40,136 bases of DNA from a virus. Its lineage: Duplodnaviria > Caudoviricetes. Shown here piece after piece: positions 1 to 9,335 of the stretch (position 1 is the first letter of the stretch; every line of letters begins with the position of its first letter). The DNA is taken from the IMG/VR virus record IMGVR_UViG_3300036797_000039, positions 1 to 40,136 of that record. One strand, given 5' to 3'. Position numbers and translations under genes: made by a program. A model generated the notes under the pieces. That model was not told where the DNA came from and did no database searches. It saw only the letters and a program-made list of their open reading frames with translations.

Positions 1-127
1 GCGGCGAGAAATCGCCCGACGACGCCGACTCGTTTGTGCTGACCTGGGCGCTCTCTGTGGCACCGCCGAAGAAGTCGAGCCGGCCGGCAGGACCGAAACG
101 TCATTCCGCCTGGGGTTAAACCGCCAT
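1..127. repeat. Terminal overlap, copy 1 (identical to 40010-40136); circular assembly
   Basis: Exact 127-bp identity between the two ends; it spans the terL 3' end. Confidence 0.97.
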
Positions 128-407
128 GATGCCCATGCAAAACATTTTCGCGCAACGCGCAGCCTTTACGCCGCAGATGCAGCCCGCGGCGCAACCGCCA
201 ATGCAGGGCGCAGCAATGCCGGCCGCGGGATCCGGAACGCCGGCAATGCCGGTTAGCACGCTCGCGCGGCCGGTGATGTCTCCCGGCGCCATGATGCCCG
301 GCCCGGCGCAAAACGGCGTGCCGGTGCGCCCGGTCATGCAGCCAGGGGTTAACCATCCGGTCATGCAAGGCGCGAATTTCCTTCGTCAACGCCTGGGGAT
401 GTATTAA
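126..407 (+). CDS. Pro/Met/Gln/Ala-rich low-complexity hypothetical protein
   Basis: ORF directly follows the terL stop; repeated RPVM/MQP motifs. Confidence 0.6.
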   Translation: MMPMQNIFAQRAAFTPQMQPAAQPPMQGAAMPAAGSGTPAMPVSTLARPVMSPGAMMPGPAQNGVPVRPVMQPGVNHPVMQGANFLRQRLGMY

Positions 408-409
408 GA

Positions 410-613
410 ATGGCAAAGCTCACATCAAAATCGCGCAACGCACTCGCCGATCGCGTTTTCGGTCTACCAGGTGAGCGAAAATTCCCGATGCCGGATCGAT
501 CACACGCGGCGGATGCGAAGGGGCGAGCAACTCAGGGAGTGAAAAACGGCACGCTCTCGCCGGCGAACGCCGCGCGGGTGCGCGCGAAGGCAAACAGGAT
601 CCTAGGGAAATGA
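410..613 (+). CDS. Small basic phage protein (DUF6582-like)
   Basis: MAKLTxxxRxAL..FGLPGERKFPMPDRSHA motif, common near phage head genes. Confidence 0.7.
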   Translation: MAKLTSKSRNALADRVFGLPGERKFPMPDRSHAADAKGRATQGVKNGTLSPANAARVRAKANRILGK

Positions 614-879
614 AAGCACCTTTTTCGCTTCTACTCGCCGACGGCCGTATGTACACGATTGCGCCAGAAGGCAAGACGATCGGCCCGCCGCCGGGTAAAG
701 AGATCGTGATCCTATGGCAAGGCGATGCTACGGAGCTCGAGGAAGTTCTCGCGGCTTGCTCACGCATCTGGGAACGAATGAAATCGGAACGACCCGCAAC
801 GCCACCGGACGACCCATGCACCGCACAACTAAAGCGGGAATGGCGAGAACGAATTCAGGAAAAGGACAAAACTTTATGA
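610..879 (+). CDS. Hypothetical protein
   Basis: ATGA overlaps with neighbours at both ends. Confidence 0.6.
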   Translation: MKAPFSLLLADGRMYTIAPEGKTIGPPPGKEIVILWQGDATELEEVLAACSRIWERMKSERPATPPDDPCTAQLKREWRERIQEKDKTL

Positions 880-1325
880 CACTACTCGCATTGATGTTCG
901 TCGCAAACCACGCGCTCGGCCTGGCCGCTCTTTTGGCAACGCTCGGCGCCCTCGGCACCGTGCAGCTCGCGCAAGGCGCCTTCACACCCGACGCGATCAC
1001 GAAACTACTCGCCGGCGATTTTCTAGCTATCGCTGCAAGCGGAGCCGTCAACCCGCACGTGTCGGCTCGCTACGTCATCACAAAGGCCGGCATCGCGGCT
1101 TTGACACTCGCCGCACCGATCGCCGGCGCCGAAGATGGCACGCTCATCGAGATCACATCGACGACCGCCTTCGCACACACCCTCACCGCGACTGGTTTAC
1201 TGCGCAACGGCGCCGGCACCGTGAACCTCGCGACCTTTGCCGCGAATGATGGCGCCGCAATCCTGCTCTGCGCTTACAACGGCAAATGGTACGTGCAAAT
1301 GGCGCAAGGCGTCACGATCACATAA
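876..1325 (+). CDS. Probable virion beta-sandwich protein with hydrophobic N-terminus
   Basis: Start reassigned to ATG 876 (ATGA overlap); Ala/Thr/Gly-rich, ending ...AYNGKWYV. Confidence 0.6.
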   Translation: MTLLALMFVANHALGLAALLATLGALGTVQLAQGAFTPDAITKLLAGDFLAIAASGAVNPHVSARYVITKAGIAALTLAAPIAGAEDGTLIEITSTTAFAHTLTATGLLRNGAGTVNLATFAANDGAAILLCAYNGKWYVQMAQGVTIT

Positions 1326-1423
1326 CAGTTTTCCGGCTCGTCTCCGCACACCAATCAGACCAACGCCGGAATAAAGGGCGGCGCGGCATCGCATCCCGCG
1401 CCGCCGTCTCCCTCAGCGAAAAT

Positions 1424-1606
1424 ATGTTTGAAGCTTTCTTACTATTTCTATTTCAGCCCTTTTGTCGGCATCAATGGCGGCCGTGCTTGTCGCGATCGGT
1501 CGGCGGCCCGGCGAAGCTCTGCCCGAAGTGCTGCAAGCTCGTCGCTCTGAGCGAAGCCGACTTTTACGCGCAGTTCGGCCGGATGCCTCAGATCGGTGCG
1601 GCATGA
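1424..1606 (+). CDS. Small Cys-rich protein
   Basis: CRHQW...CPKCC; ATG 1424; overlaps the next gene. Confidence 0.5.
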   Translation: MFEAFLLFLFQPFCRHQWRPCLSRSVGGPAKLCPKCCKLVALSEADFYAQFGRMPQIGAA

Positions 1607-1797
1607 GCGACCCGCGGCGCTACTACATCTCGCATCTCTACCGGTGCCCCGAGTGCGGGCGCATCTTAGAGTGGCAAAAACGCCCCGACGAGAAGCCGGA
1701 CAGTATGCTCCTACTCCACGACCCCGCGGCGAAGTGCAGCCGCGCCGGCAAGCGCTATTACGCGCCGCCGGTCGAGCTCACCGAATTCACGACGTAA
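1603..1797 (+). CDS. Small Zn-ribbon protein
   Basis: YRCPECG; ATGA overlap. Confidence 0.55.
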   Translation: MSDPRRYYISHLYRCPECGRILEWQKRPDEKPDSMLLLHDPAAKCSRAGKRYYAPPVELTEFTT

Positions 1798-1823
1798 CAA
1801 ATTCCGCAGACCACGAGGACACC

Positions 1824-2066
1824 ATGAAAAAAGTCGAAGGAAAGCTCCGCCGCATGGAAATCGAAGTCCACCGCGGCCCAACCATCAAAGGCAAACTCGG
1901 CGAAGTGACCGGGCACACCGTCCACCACTACATGGAGCCGACCCGATCGCCGAAGTCTGAATCGGGCGCATTCATGGACCACACCCATCACTCGCAGCCC
2001 TTCAGCAAGGACGAGCACGACGCGATGATCGATCACGTGAACGAACATCTCGAGGATGGCGAGTAA
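1824..2066 (+). CDS. His-rich hypothetical protein
   Basis: GAGGA SD before ATG 1824. Confidence 0.7.
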   Translation: MKKVEGKLRRMEIEVHRGPTIKGKLGEVTGHTVHHYMEPTRSPKSESGAFMDHTHHSQPFSKDEHDAMIDHVNEHLEDGE

Positions 2067-2069
2067 CCA

Positions 2070-2756
2070 ATGAGCAGCAACACCCTCAATCGCAACAAAG
2101 TCAATCACGAGCTGAAAAAGCTCGGCCTCGGCGGGCTCGAGGACCGAAACTTGATGCAGCAGCTCGCGTTTTTCATGACGAATCACAGCGTATTTCGCTC
2201 GCTCTTGATGTCGACAAAGCCCGATCAGCGACGCAACGCCTACGAGGCCTTGCGGCCGCATCTGAGCTTCGCGCCGAAGCCGCTCGAAGTGTACGAAATG
2301 GAAGGCCGGCAGAAAGCGGAGCGCGAGCAGCTCCCCGGCTACAACGCCGCCACCGGCGAGATTATCCCGTTCAAAACGGGCGAAGTTGGCGATCGGCTCG
2401 AGGAGCTCGCGCAGGACGCGATCCGCGAGACGGCCTTCGTCAAAGGCGGCGGCTTTTTGACTCTGGTTTGCAGGAAATGCACGCTCGAACAATCTTGGCG
2501 CGCGAAAACCCGCAAACAGGGCGACAAAGACGCGATGCGCGACGGTTGGCGGATGCAGGAAGGTAAAGCGTATTGCCCGAAACACGTTCCATCGCGCCTC
2601 ACAATGGGCCTCGAGTGTAGCGTGTGCGAGCGCCGCGAGAAGATCCGCGCCTGGGATGAGCAAGACGGCTACAGCCATGCCCGTTTGCTCGGTTGGATCA
2701 TTGGCGACGCGGCGACGTGCCCGCGATGTGCGGCGAAGCCGGTTCTACTGCAATAA
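2070..2756 (+). CDS. Hypothetical protein with two Zn-finger repeats
   Basis: CRKC..GW..CPKH and CSVC..GW..CPRC. Confidence 0.75.
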   Translation: MSSNTLNRNKVNHELKKLGLGGLEDRNLMQQLAFFMTNHSVFRSLLMSTKPDQRRNAYEALRPHLSFAPKPLEVYEMEGRQKAEREQLPGYNAATGEIIPFKTGEVGDRLEELAQDAIRETAFVKGGGFLTLVCRKCTLEQSWRAKTRKQGDKDAMRDGWRMQEGKAYCPKHVPSRLTMGLECSVCERREKIRAWDEQDGYSHARLLGWIIGDAATCPRCAAKPVLLQ

Positions 2757-2770
2757 CTCACCCCTTTTTT

Positions 2771-2935
2771 ATGCTCACCCTAAAAACGAAAGACGTTCGC
2801 GACACCGCGATCGCTATGCCGGCACGCACGCAGGAGCTCGCGTGCGGCAAATGCGGCCGCACCGTGCTCGTGTCGACGACGACGATTCTCGCTTTTTGCC
2901 GCGATTGCTCGGCGACGCTCGGAGTCAAGCGCTAA
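2771..2935 (+). CDS. Small Zn-ribbon protein
   Basis: CGKC...CRDC; fills the gap before the portal. Confidence 0.55.
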   Translation: MLTLKTKDVRDTAIAMPARTQELACGKCGRTVLVSTTTILAFCRDCSATLGVKR

Positions 2936-2938
2936 CCT

Positions 2939-5143
2939 ATGGCCGCCCCTGAAGCAAAAGAGATCCGCGACATTTACGCCGCTTACCGCTCGGACTGGCA
3001 AGACATCCGCGACGAGGCGAACACCGACATGCGTTACGTGCTCGGCGATCCCTGGGATCCGAAGGATCGCGAGGCGCGCGAGGACGCCGGCCGGCCGTGC
3101 CTCTCGCTCGACGAGCTCAATCAATATCTAAATCAGTATGTAAACAACCTTCGCCAGCAGCGCCGCGCGATCAACGTCACGGCGAAGGGCAACGGCGCGA
3201 CCGACGAAGATGCGAAGAAACGCTCCTCGCTCATCATGGGAATCGAAGAGCGATCGCAAGCGCAAGGCCCATATATTTGCGCCGGTCAAAGCGCCGCAGA
3301 GCGCAGTTACGGCTTTGCCGTTGTCCGCACCGAGTACAAAGACTTTGAGAGCTTCGATCAGGAGATTTTAATCAAGCCGGTTTTGAACCCGGATTCCATC
3401 CTCATCTCGCCGAACTACAAGCAGCCGGACGCTTCCGACATCCCAGACGGATTCATCCTCGAGCTGATGCCACGGGATCAATTCAAACGGCAACACCCGA
3501 AAGCGAAGATCACCGACTTCGTGGGCGACGCCGTGAGCGATGCGTCGACCGCGGACTGGATCAAAGAGAAATTCGTTCAACGCGGCGAATATTGGCGTGT
3601 CGAGTACGACACCGAGAAGCTCTTGCTCGTGCAAATGAAGGGCGGGCACGTCGTCATCGTCAAGGAATCGGAGTGGAAAAACCGCCGCGGCGGCGAAGAG
3701 GGCGAAGTCAAGCGCGAGCGCGATGTGCAACGGCCGCGCGTCGTGCAATACCTGACGAACGGGCTCGAGATCCTCGACGAGAAACCGTGGGCAGGAACGC
3801 GGATCCCGATTTGCACGTGCCTCGGCAAAGAAATGTGGATCACCGAAGGCGGCGTCGCGAAGCGCAAGCTCATTTCGATGGTGCGCCTGGCGCGTGATCC
3901 GCAAATGCTTTTTGCTTTCCTCGCGACGCAAGAGTGCGAAGAGGCCGGCCAGATCCCGAAAGTGCCGTTCGTCGGCTACACCGGGCAATTCCAATCGGAC
4001 GAGGAGACCTGGAAAGAGATCAACAAAGTTCCGCACGCATTCGTGCAAGTCGATCCTATTCCGGACGGCCAGGGCGGCATTTGCCCGCTTCCGCAGCGGC
4101 CGGCCTATCAGCCGAATTTCCAGCAATACGAGCTCGCAAAAGACTCCGCGCGGCGATCGATCCAAGCCGCTTTCGGTATCGTGCCACTCCCGACGGCCGC
4201 GCAGCGCTCTAACCAGAAATCAGGGATCGCGCTCGACAAGATCGAAGAGCAAGAGGCGATCGGGAGCTTCCATTTCGCCGACAATTTCAAGCGCTTTCTG
4301 CATAACGTCGGATGGCAAGTAAACGAGCTCATCACCCCGATCATCGACACACAGCGCGACCAGGCGATCTCGAAGCCGGACGGCACACGGACGACGCTGC
4401 AGCTCGTCGGCAAAACCTCACACCCGATCGACAAAGACGGCGCCTATGAAGTCCAAGGCCTCGACGACGGCCATTTGCACACCGGCAAAGGCGACTTCGA
4501 TGTCACGATCGGCGACGGCCCGAGCTACGCCTCAGAACGCGAGAAGCAATCCGACTTCAGCGATCGCTTACTCGATCGGCTCGAGACCTTGCCGATTCCG
4601 CCGGCGATCGCGCAGAAGATCCTCGCGCTCGCGATCAAGATGAAAAACGTCGGCTCACTCGGCGACGAGATCGCGCTCTTACTCAATCCGCCGGACCCGA
4701 AGAATCTCCCGCCGGCCGCGCAAGCGATCATCACGCAGCTACAGGGGCAGAATCAGCAGCTCACCCAGGAAAACTCGACGCTCCACATGGAGCGCGCCGG
4801 CCGCGTGCTCGAGCAGCAGACGAAGATTCATTTGAAAGAAATGGACGGGCAGCAAAAGCTCGACGCAAAGACGATCGATTACATCACGCAGATCGTCAGA
4901 GCGGAGCTCGCGAAAGGTTCGAAGCAGGACGCAACGAAGGCGCAGATCGACGCGCAGAAAGAGCTCACGCAACTCGGCTTCGATCACGATGCGATCGCCC
5001 GCGGGCACGAGGCCGCGCACGAAGTCGCGATGAGCGGGCTCGAGCACAACCGTACGAAAGAGCTCGCAGCTACAGCTCAGGCCGCACAGCCGGATCAGGC
5101 ACAACCCGATACCGGCGCGGCATCTGGAACACCGGCTGAATGA
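2939..5143 (+). CDS. P22-like portal protein
   Basis: 734 aa; RPCLSLDELNQY..NNLRQQR, MVRLARDPQ and SGIAL motifs; C-terminal coiled coil; position before scaffold and coat. Confidence 0.92.
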   Translation: MAAPEAKEIRDIYAAYRSDWQDIRDEANTDMRYVLGDPWDPKDREAREDAGRPCLSLDELNQYLNQYVNNLRQQRRAINVTAKGNGATDEDAKKRSSLIMGIEERSQAQGPYICAGQSAAERSYGFAVVRTEYKDFESFDQEILIKPVLNPDSILISPNYKQPDASDIPDGFILELMPRDQFKRQHPKAKITDFVGDAVSDASTADWIKEKFVQRGEYWRVEYDTEKLLLVQMKGGHVVIVKESEWKNRRGGEEGEVKRERDVQRPRVVQYLTNGLEILDEKPWAGTRIPICTCLGKEMWITEGGVAKRKLISMVRLARDPQMLFAFLATQECEEAGQIPKVPFVGYTGQFQSDEETWKEINKVPHAFVQVDPIPDGQGGICPLPQRPAYQPNFQQYELAKDSARRSIQAAFGIVPLPTAAQRSNQKSGIALDKIEEQEAIGSFHFADNFKRFLHNVGWQVNELITPIIDTQRDQAISKPDGTRTTLQLVGKTSHPIDKDGAYEVQGLDDGHLHTGKGDFDVTIGDGPSYASEREKQSDFSDRLLDRLETLPIPPAIAQKILALAIKMKNVGSLGDEIALLLNPPDPKNLPPAAQAIITQLQGQNQQLTQENSTLHMERAGRVLEQQTKIHLKEMDGQQKLDAKTIDYITQIVRAELAKGSKQDATKAQIDAQKELTQLGFDHDAIARGHEAAHEVAMSGLEHNRTKELAATAQAAQPDQAQPDTGAASGTPAE

Positions 5144-5261
5144 CGATTTTTTGTTCGAACTCTGAGCAGAGCGGGCACCAGATGCGCTCGATCGTGACAC
5201 CGTGATCGGCGTGCACCTTGTAGGTTTTGCCGGGTTCAAGGAACGGCGTGATGCATTTCAT
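5070..5261 (-). CDS. Small protein, possibly a degenerate capsid C-terminal fragment
   Basis: Coupled (TAAATG) to 5262-5489; weak similarity to coat FVKAWDPVRSMQINRF; overlaps the portal 3' end. Confidence 0.4.
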   Translation of the reverse strand: MKCITPFLEPGKTYKVHADHGVTIERIWCPLCSEFEQKIVIQPVFQMPRRYRVVPDPAVRPEL

Positions 5262-5489
5262 TTAAAGGGACGGCGCCGGCTTCCCCAGATCCGCCGCGCG
5301 CTGCTCGAGCAAGTAATCCTGCTCGCGCTTGAGCTGTTCGAACGCGGGTTGGATGTAGATCTCCGAAAACTGTTCGAACGGCAGCGCCAGATCCGACTCT
5401 TCGACCTTCACCAACACTTGAGAGATCGCGGCGTCGGGATCTTCGATCGCACCTTTTTGCAATTTGAGAAATAACCAGTTTTGTTCCAT
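5262..5489 (-). CDS. Capsid spine-helix fragment protein
   Basis: EQFSEIYIQPAFEQLKREQD vs coat aa101-120 EEIKEQYLEPAGVQIAQEID (8/20 identical); paralog of 10942-11130. Confidence 0.75.
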   Translation of the reverse strand: MEQNWLFLKLQKGAIEDPDAAISQVLVKVEESDLALPFEQFSEIYIQPAFEQLKREQDYLLEQRAADLGKPAPSL

Positions 5490-5495
5490 GCCCCG

Positions 5496-5504
5496 ACTTT
5501 AGCA
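5496..5504 (-). promoter_or_regulatory. Extended -10 promoter, leaderless mRNA for 5262-5489
   Basis: TGC-TAAAGT, then 6 nt, then ATG. Confidence 0.55.
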
Positions 5505-5554
5505 CCTTCGCCGGCTGAGGCGTCATTCAGCGAACCACCAAGGAAAACAAACAT

Positions 5555-6649
5555 ATGAGCACAACCGCCGTTACTCCGACCGCTTCGGCAGCGGTCACCA
5601 CACCTTCGAAATCGGAACGGCACGCGGAATTTCTCCCGAGCGGCAACGAATACCGCATGACGGGGAAAATGCCCGCCGAATCCGGCGACAACGCATCGGA
5701 CGAGTCGCAATCGTCCAACAAAGAAACCGCAGAGAAGAAATCGTCGCAAGAAGTCACGCCGAAAACGGATGCCTCGGCCGCATCCAGCGACGCCGAAAAA
5801 GCCGCGGCCTCGGAAACCGCATCCTCGCAGAAGAAAACGGCAGACACACCGGCAAGCGAAAACCGCTGGCAAAAACTCAGCCGCGAGAATAAAGAACTGC
5901 GCGAGCGCATAACGAAGCTCGAGACGGGATCTCCAACGCGTGAAACCACGGCCTCGCAAACCGTAACACCCGAAGCGAAGCCCGCCGCCGCGGCCGCGTC
6001 AGTTCCGAAGGCCACACCGAAACCGAAGATCGATGATGTCGATCCCGCCACCAAGCAGCCGAAATACAAAACCTTTGAAGAGTACGAAACCGCGAAAGAC
6101 GCGTGGACACTCGACGAAGCGGTGCGCAAGGTGGAAGAGAAAGGCGCCAAGACACAGCGCGAGCAGCAAATCGCGCAGTCGAAGCAAGTCGTCGCAACGG
6201 AATTCGGGAAACGCGTCGAAGCCGCGCGCACCAAATACAACGACTTTGACGAAGTGGCACTCCACAAGGATTTACCCATCAAGGAAGGCTCGGCCGTCGA
6301 CTTCTTCACCCTCGATTCGCCGATCGGGACTGATGTCCTTTACTTCCTCGGGAAAAATCCGACGGAGCTCGCACGCATTAACAAGCTGAACAATGTCGGC
6401 GCGATTCGCGAGCTCACGAAAATCGAGCTCAAGCTCACACCGGCCGACGCGGCAAAACCCGCCGCGGCCGCGGATGCCGCGAAAACTTCTGCTAAACCCG
6501 TAACCCAGGCCCCCGCGCCGGCGCACCAGGTTTCCGGAAACGGAGCCGTTGCCAAAGACACAGCGGCGCAAGCGGTCGAAGACGGCGACAGCGACACCTA
6601 TATTCGCGCCGAAAACGCGAAGGCGCTCGCACGTCGCAAAAAAGGATAA
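5555..6649 (+). CDS. Scaffolding protein
   Basis: Charged/disordered N-terminus; YKTFEEY and DVLYFLGKNPTELARI motifs; basic C-terminus; lies between portal and coat. Confidence 0.85.
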   Translation: MSTTAVTPTASAAVTTPSKSERHAEFLPSGNEYRMTGKMPAESGDNASDESQSSNKETAEKKSSQEVTPKTDASAASSDAEKAAASETASSQKKTADTPASENRWQKLSRENKELRERITKLETGSPTRETTASQTVTPEAKPAAAAASVPKATPKPKIDDVDPATKQPKYKTFEEYETAKDAWTLDEAVRKVEEKGAKTQREQQIAQSKQVVATEFGKRVEAARTKYNDFDEVALHKDLPIKEGSAVDFFTLDSPIGTDVLYFLGKNPTELARINKLNNVGAIRELTKIELKLTPADAAKPAAAADAAKTSAKPVTQAPAPAHQVSGNGAVAKDTAAQAVEDGDSDTYIRAENAKALARRKKG

Positions 6650-6655
6650 CCCGTC

Positions 6656-7891
6656 ATGGCAGACCAGTTCCTTAACACCGGATGGATTTCGATGGAAGTC
6701 CTCCGCAACCTGAAGAACGCGATGAAAGTCGCGGAATACTTCAATAATTCGTGGGAGAAGGATTACGAGAAAACCTTCGCCGTGGGCTCGACGATCACGG
6801 TGAAATTTCCGCAACAGTTCCTCATCCGCGACGGCCTCGCATACAACCCGCAAGGCATCAACCGCATTTCCACAACCGTTTCGCTCGACCAACCTTTCGG
6901 AATCGATTTTCAGTGGGACGATTACGAAGCCGCGGTCAAGGCGGAGCGCTCCGAAGAAGAGATCAAAGAGCAGTATCTCGAGCCCGCCGGCGTGCAGATT
7001 GCGCAGGAGATCGACTCGCGTGCAGCTCTGTTCGCCAAGAACAACACGTCACAGATCCAGGGCTCGCTCGGCGTCGATCCGACGAGTGTCGTGTTCTTAG
7101 ATCTCGCTCGAGCTCGCTTGCTGCAAAAGGCCGCTCCGCAGGGTAAGCGGTGCGCGCTGATCTCCTCGTCCATGATGACGAACTCCATCAATACCCCGGT
7201 CACTAGCTTGCTTCAGCCGAGCGACGAGATCACGATGGCGTTCAAAGAAGGAGCACTCGGCCGCCTGAAAGGCTTCGATCTATTCGAAGAGCAGTCGCTA
7301 TACACGCACGTCGCCGGCACCTGGGCGGCTGCGGTCACCGTCACCGGCGCCGGGCAGTCGGGCTCCACGCTCATCGTCACCGGCACCGCGAACGACACCA
7401 TCAACCAAGGCGACAAAATCGCGGTCGCGAACGTGAATTTCGTCAATCCACGTACGCGGCGCATTGCCGGCCCGAAAGTCGCGCAGACCTTCTCCGCGAC
7501 GGCTAACTATGTCCTCACGGGCGGAGCGGATGCGATCGGCATCGTGCCCGCGATCTTCGGACCGGGCAGCCAGTACCAGAACGTCGACGCTTTGCCGGCT
7601 AACGGCGCCGCTTTGACTCTGTGGCCTGGCACGAACAACCCGAACGGCGCTTCTGGCACCGTCGGACTCGCGCTCACGCGACAGGCCTTCGCCGTCGTCG
7701 GCATGCGTTTTTACAAGCCGAAGTCGGTCGAGGCTTGCAGCCAGGCCGAAGATAAGCAAACCGGAATCCCGGTGCGCTTCGTCAAGGCGTGGGATCCCGT
7801 CCGCTCGATGCAGATCAACCGTTTCGATACGGTCGTCGGCTTCGGAAACCTGTATCAAGACAACGGCGCAGTCGCGCTGCTCGGAGCCTAA
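6656..7891 (+). CDS. Major capsid protein, P22 gp5-like (HK97 fold)
   Basis: 411 aa; EVLRNLKN, GSTITVKFPQQF, YLEPA..IAQEID, GDKIAVANV..VNP and GIPVRF..RFD..GFG motifs. Confidence 0.92.
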   Translation: MADQFLNTGWISMEVLRNLKNAMKVAEYFNNSWEKDYEKTFAVGSTITVKFPQQFLIRDGLAYNPQGINRISTTVSLDQPFGIDFQWDDYEAAVKAERSEEEIKEQYLEPAGVQIAQEIDSRAALFAKNNTSQIQGSLGVDPTSVVFLDLARARLLQKAAPQGKRCALISSSMMTNSINTPVTSLLQPSDEITMAFKEGALGRLKGFDLFEEQSLYTHVAGTWAAAVTVTGAGQSGSTLIVTGTANDTINQGDKIAVANVNFVNPRTRRIAGPKVAQTFSATANYVLTGGADAIGIVPAIFGPGSQYQNVDALPANGAALTLWPGTNNPNGASGTVGLALTRQAFAVVGMRFYKPKSVEACSQAEDKQTGIPVRFVKAWDPVRSMQINRFDTVVGFGNLYQDNGAVALLGA

Positions 7892-7958
7892 GAAAAGGAG
7901 AATTCCCACTAGCAGATTTTGCGCATTCGTTTGGCAAATTTTTGCCGGGATCCCAAAC

Positions 7959-8759
7959 ATGAAAAACAAAATCTCGATCGCTCTCTCTTCTCTCGTCCTT
8001 CTGGCGTGCGCGCTCTTCGCGGAGCCCGCCTTCGGCCAGGCCACCTTGACGCAGACCACTTTGTCGGCGGCAATTCAAACTTCCGCAGCTAACAGCATGA
8101 GTGTCACTTCAGCAACCGGCTTCGTCGCCGGCGCTTCTCTCGCGTTCATCGTCGACGCCACCGGAGGCAACTCCGAGGCGGTATTCGTGAACACCGTGAG
8201 CGGCACTACGATCGGCATCACGCGCGGCTATAACGGGGCGGGCGTCTCTAACCCACACCCGAAGAGCTCGCTCGTGTTTGTCGGACCGCCGGCCTCGTTC
8301 TACTACGTGAACCCGTCCGGATCCGCGCCGTTCGTCAACGGCGTGGCCTCATGCGCAAACACCCCTGTGACCCCGTACATCAACATCATGAACGGGACGC
8401 AATGGTTATGCTCGCCGGTCACCCTCTCGTGGGTTCCTGGTTGGTTCAATGATGTGGCGACGCAAGGCATGACCGCGGCCGTCGCATCGGTCGCGGGCGC
8501 AACCTTGCCGTCCGGACCGCTGTTCCACATCACCGGCACGAACGCGATCACGGCCTGGGGCTCGAGCACAACCGTGTTCGGCACCGGCGCCGGCGGCAGC
8601 ACGACCGACGTAGTGGGTGCGCCGTTCTGCATCATTCCCGACGCGATCTTTACGACAACCGCGACGAACAACATCGCGCTCGCAACGACCGCCGTCGTGA
8701 ATAAGCAGCTCTGCTACGTGTTCGACCAAACAAATAAAAAGTACGTTCCAAACTACTAA
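7959..8759 (+). CDS. Putative capsid decoration/virion protein with Sec signal peptide
   Basis: Directly after coat; MKNK + hydrophobic stretch + AFG|Q; Thr/Ala-rich; TTLSAAI motif. Confidence 0.7.
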   Translation: MKNKISIALSSLVLLACALFAEPAFGQATLTQTTLSAAIQTSAANSMSVTSATGFVAGASLAFIVDATGGNSEAVFVNTVSGTTIGITRGYNGAGVSNPHPKSSLVFVGPPASFYYVNPSGSAPFVNGVASCANTPVTPYINIMNGTQWLCSPVTLSWVPGWFNDVATQGMTAAVASVAGATLPSGPLFHITGTNAITAWGSSTTVFGTGAGGSTTDVVGAPFCIIPDAIFTTTATNNIALATTAVVNKQLCYVFDQTNKKYVPNY

Positions 8760-8766
8760 CCGCGTT

Positions 8767-8842
8767 CCTCTCCAATCGAGAGGCGCCGAGGCCCGGTCCG
8801 CTCGCGACCCCTTGTGTGCCGGGCTTCGGCGAAATTCTTTTT
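8767..8842 (+). terminator. Tandem hairpins with a U-rich tail after the head genes
   Basis: cctctc/gagagg (8767-8783) and cgccgaggcccgg/ccgggcttcggcg (8784-8831), followed by aaattcttttt. Confidence 0.45.
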
Positions 8843-8985
8843 CCCTATATATGCCGCTCAACGAATCGCGCCGCAAAACCCGCGAGCGCTGGCCGCTCCA
8901 GTTTGATCTCGAGGGCGTTCCACGCGAAACGGCCGAGCGCAACCGGCTTTTAGAGCAGCTCAAATTCTCAATCCCCGAGGACACT

Positions 8986-9330
8986 ATGGCATCGAAAAAT
9001 AAATTCATCGTCGACACCACTCCAAAGACGGAAGAGCGCGATCTCAGCAAAGAAATTCGCGTGCAACACCGTCACCAGGAATACCCGCGCGCCGTCTATA
9101 ACCACGACAACGGGCACGTCGCCGAAGTCGCCGACGAAAAGCAGTTTAAGACGCTCGAGAAGCACGGCTATCAACTGAAGCCGGCGCTCGATCGCGATTA
9201 CTCGCAAATCCACCAGCGCACCGGCTGCGCTCCGCTGAAAGAAGCGAGCCCGATCCCCGAAGATGTGCAATCGGCGGAAGATGAGCTCCAAAAACTTCTC
9301 CGCGAAGAAGAAGAAGCGGGACAGGACTAA
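8986..9330 (+). CDS. Head-associated hypothetical protein (start may be 8851)
   Basis: GAGGA SD before ATG 8986; QEYPRAVY motif often seen after P22-like coat genes. Confidence 0.6.
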   Translation: MASKNKFIVDTTPKTEERDLSKEIRVQHRHQEYPRAVYNHDNGHVAEVADEKQFKTLEKHGYQLKPALDRDYSQIHQRTGCAPLKEASPIPEDVQSAEDELQKLLREEEEAGQD

Positions 9331-9335
9331 CTTAG

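Noticed and set aside
1-127. 127-bp direct terminal repeat as a biological DTR
   Set aside because: The length equals a common assembler k-mer and the repeat cuts through terL; it indicates circular assembly only.
1758-2678. 306-aa minus-strand ORF (and similar long antisense ORFs elsewhere)
   Set aside because: Mirrors well-supported plus-strand genes and has no recognisable motifs.
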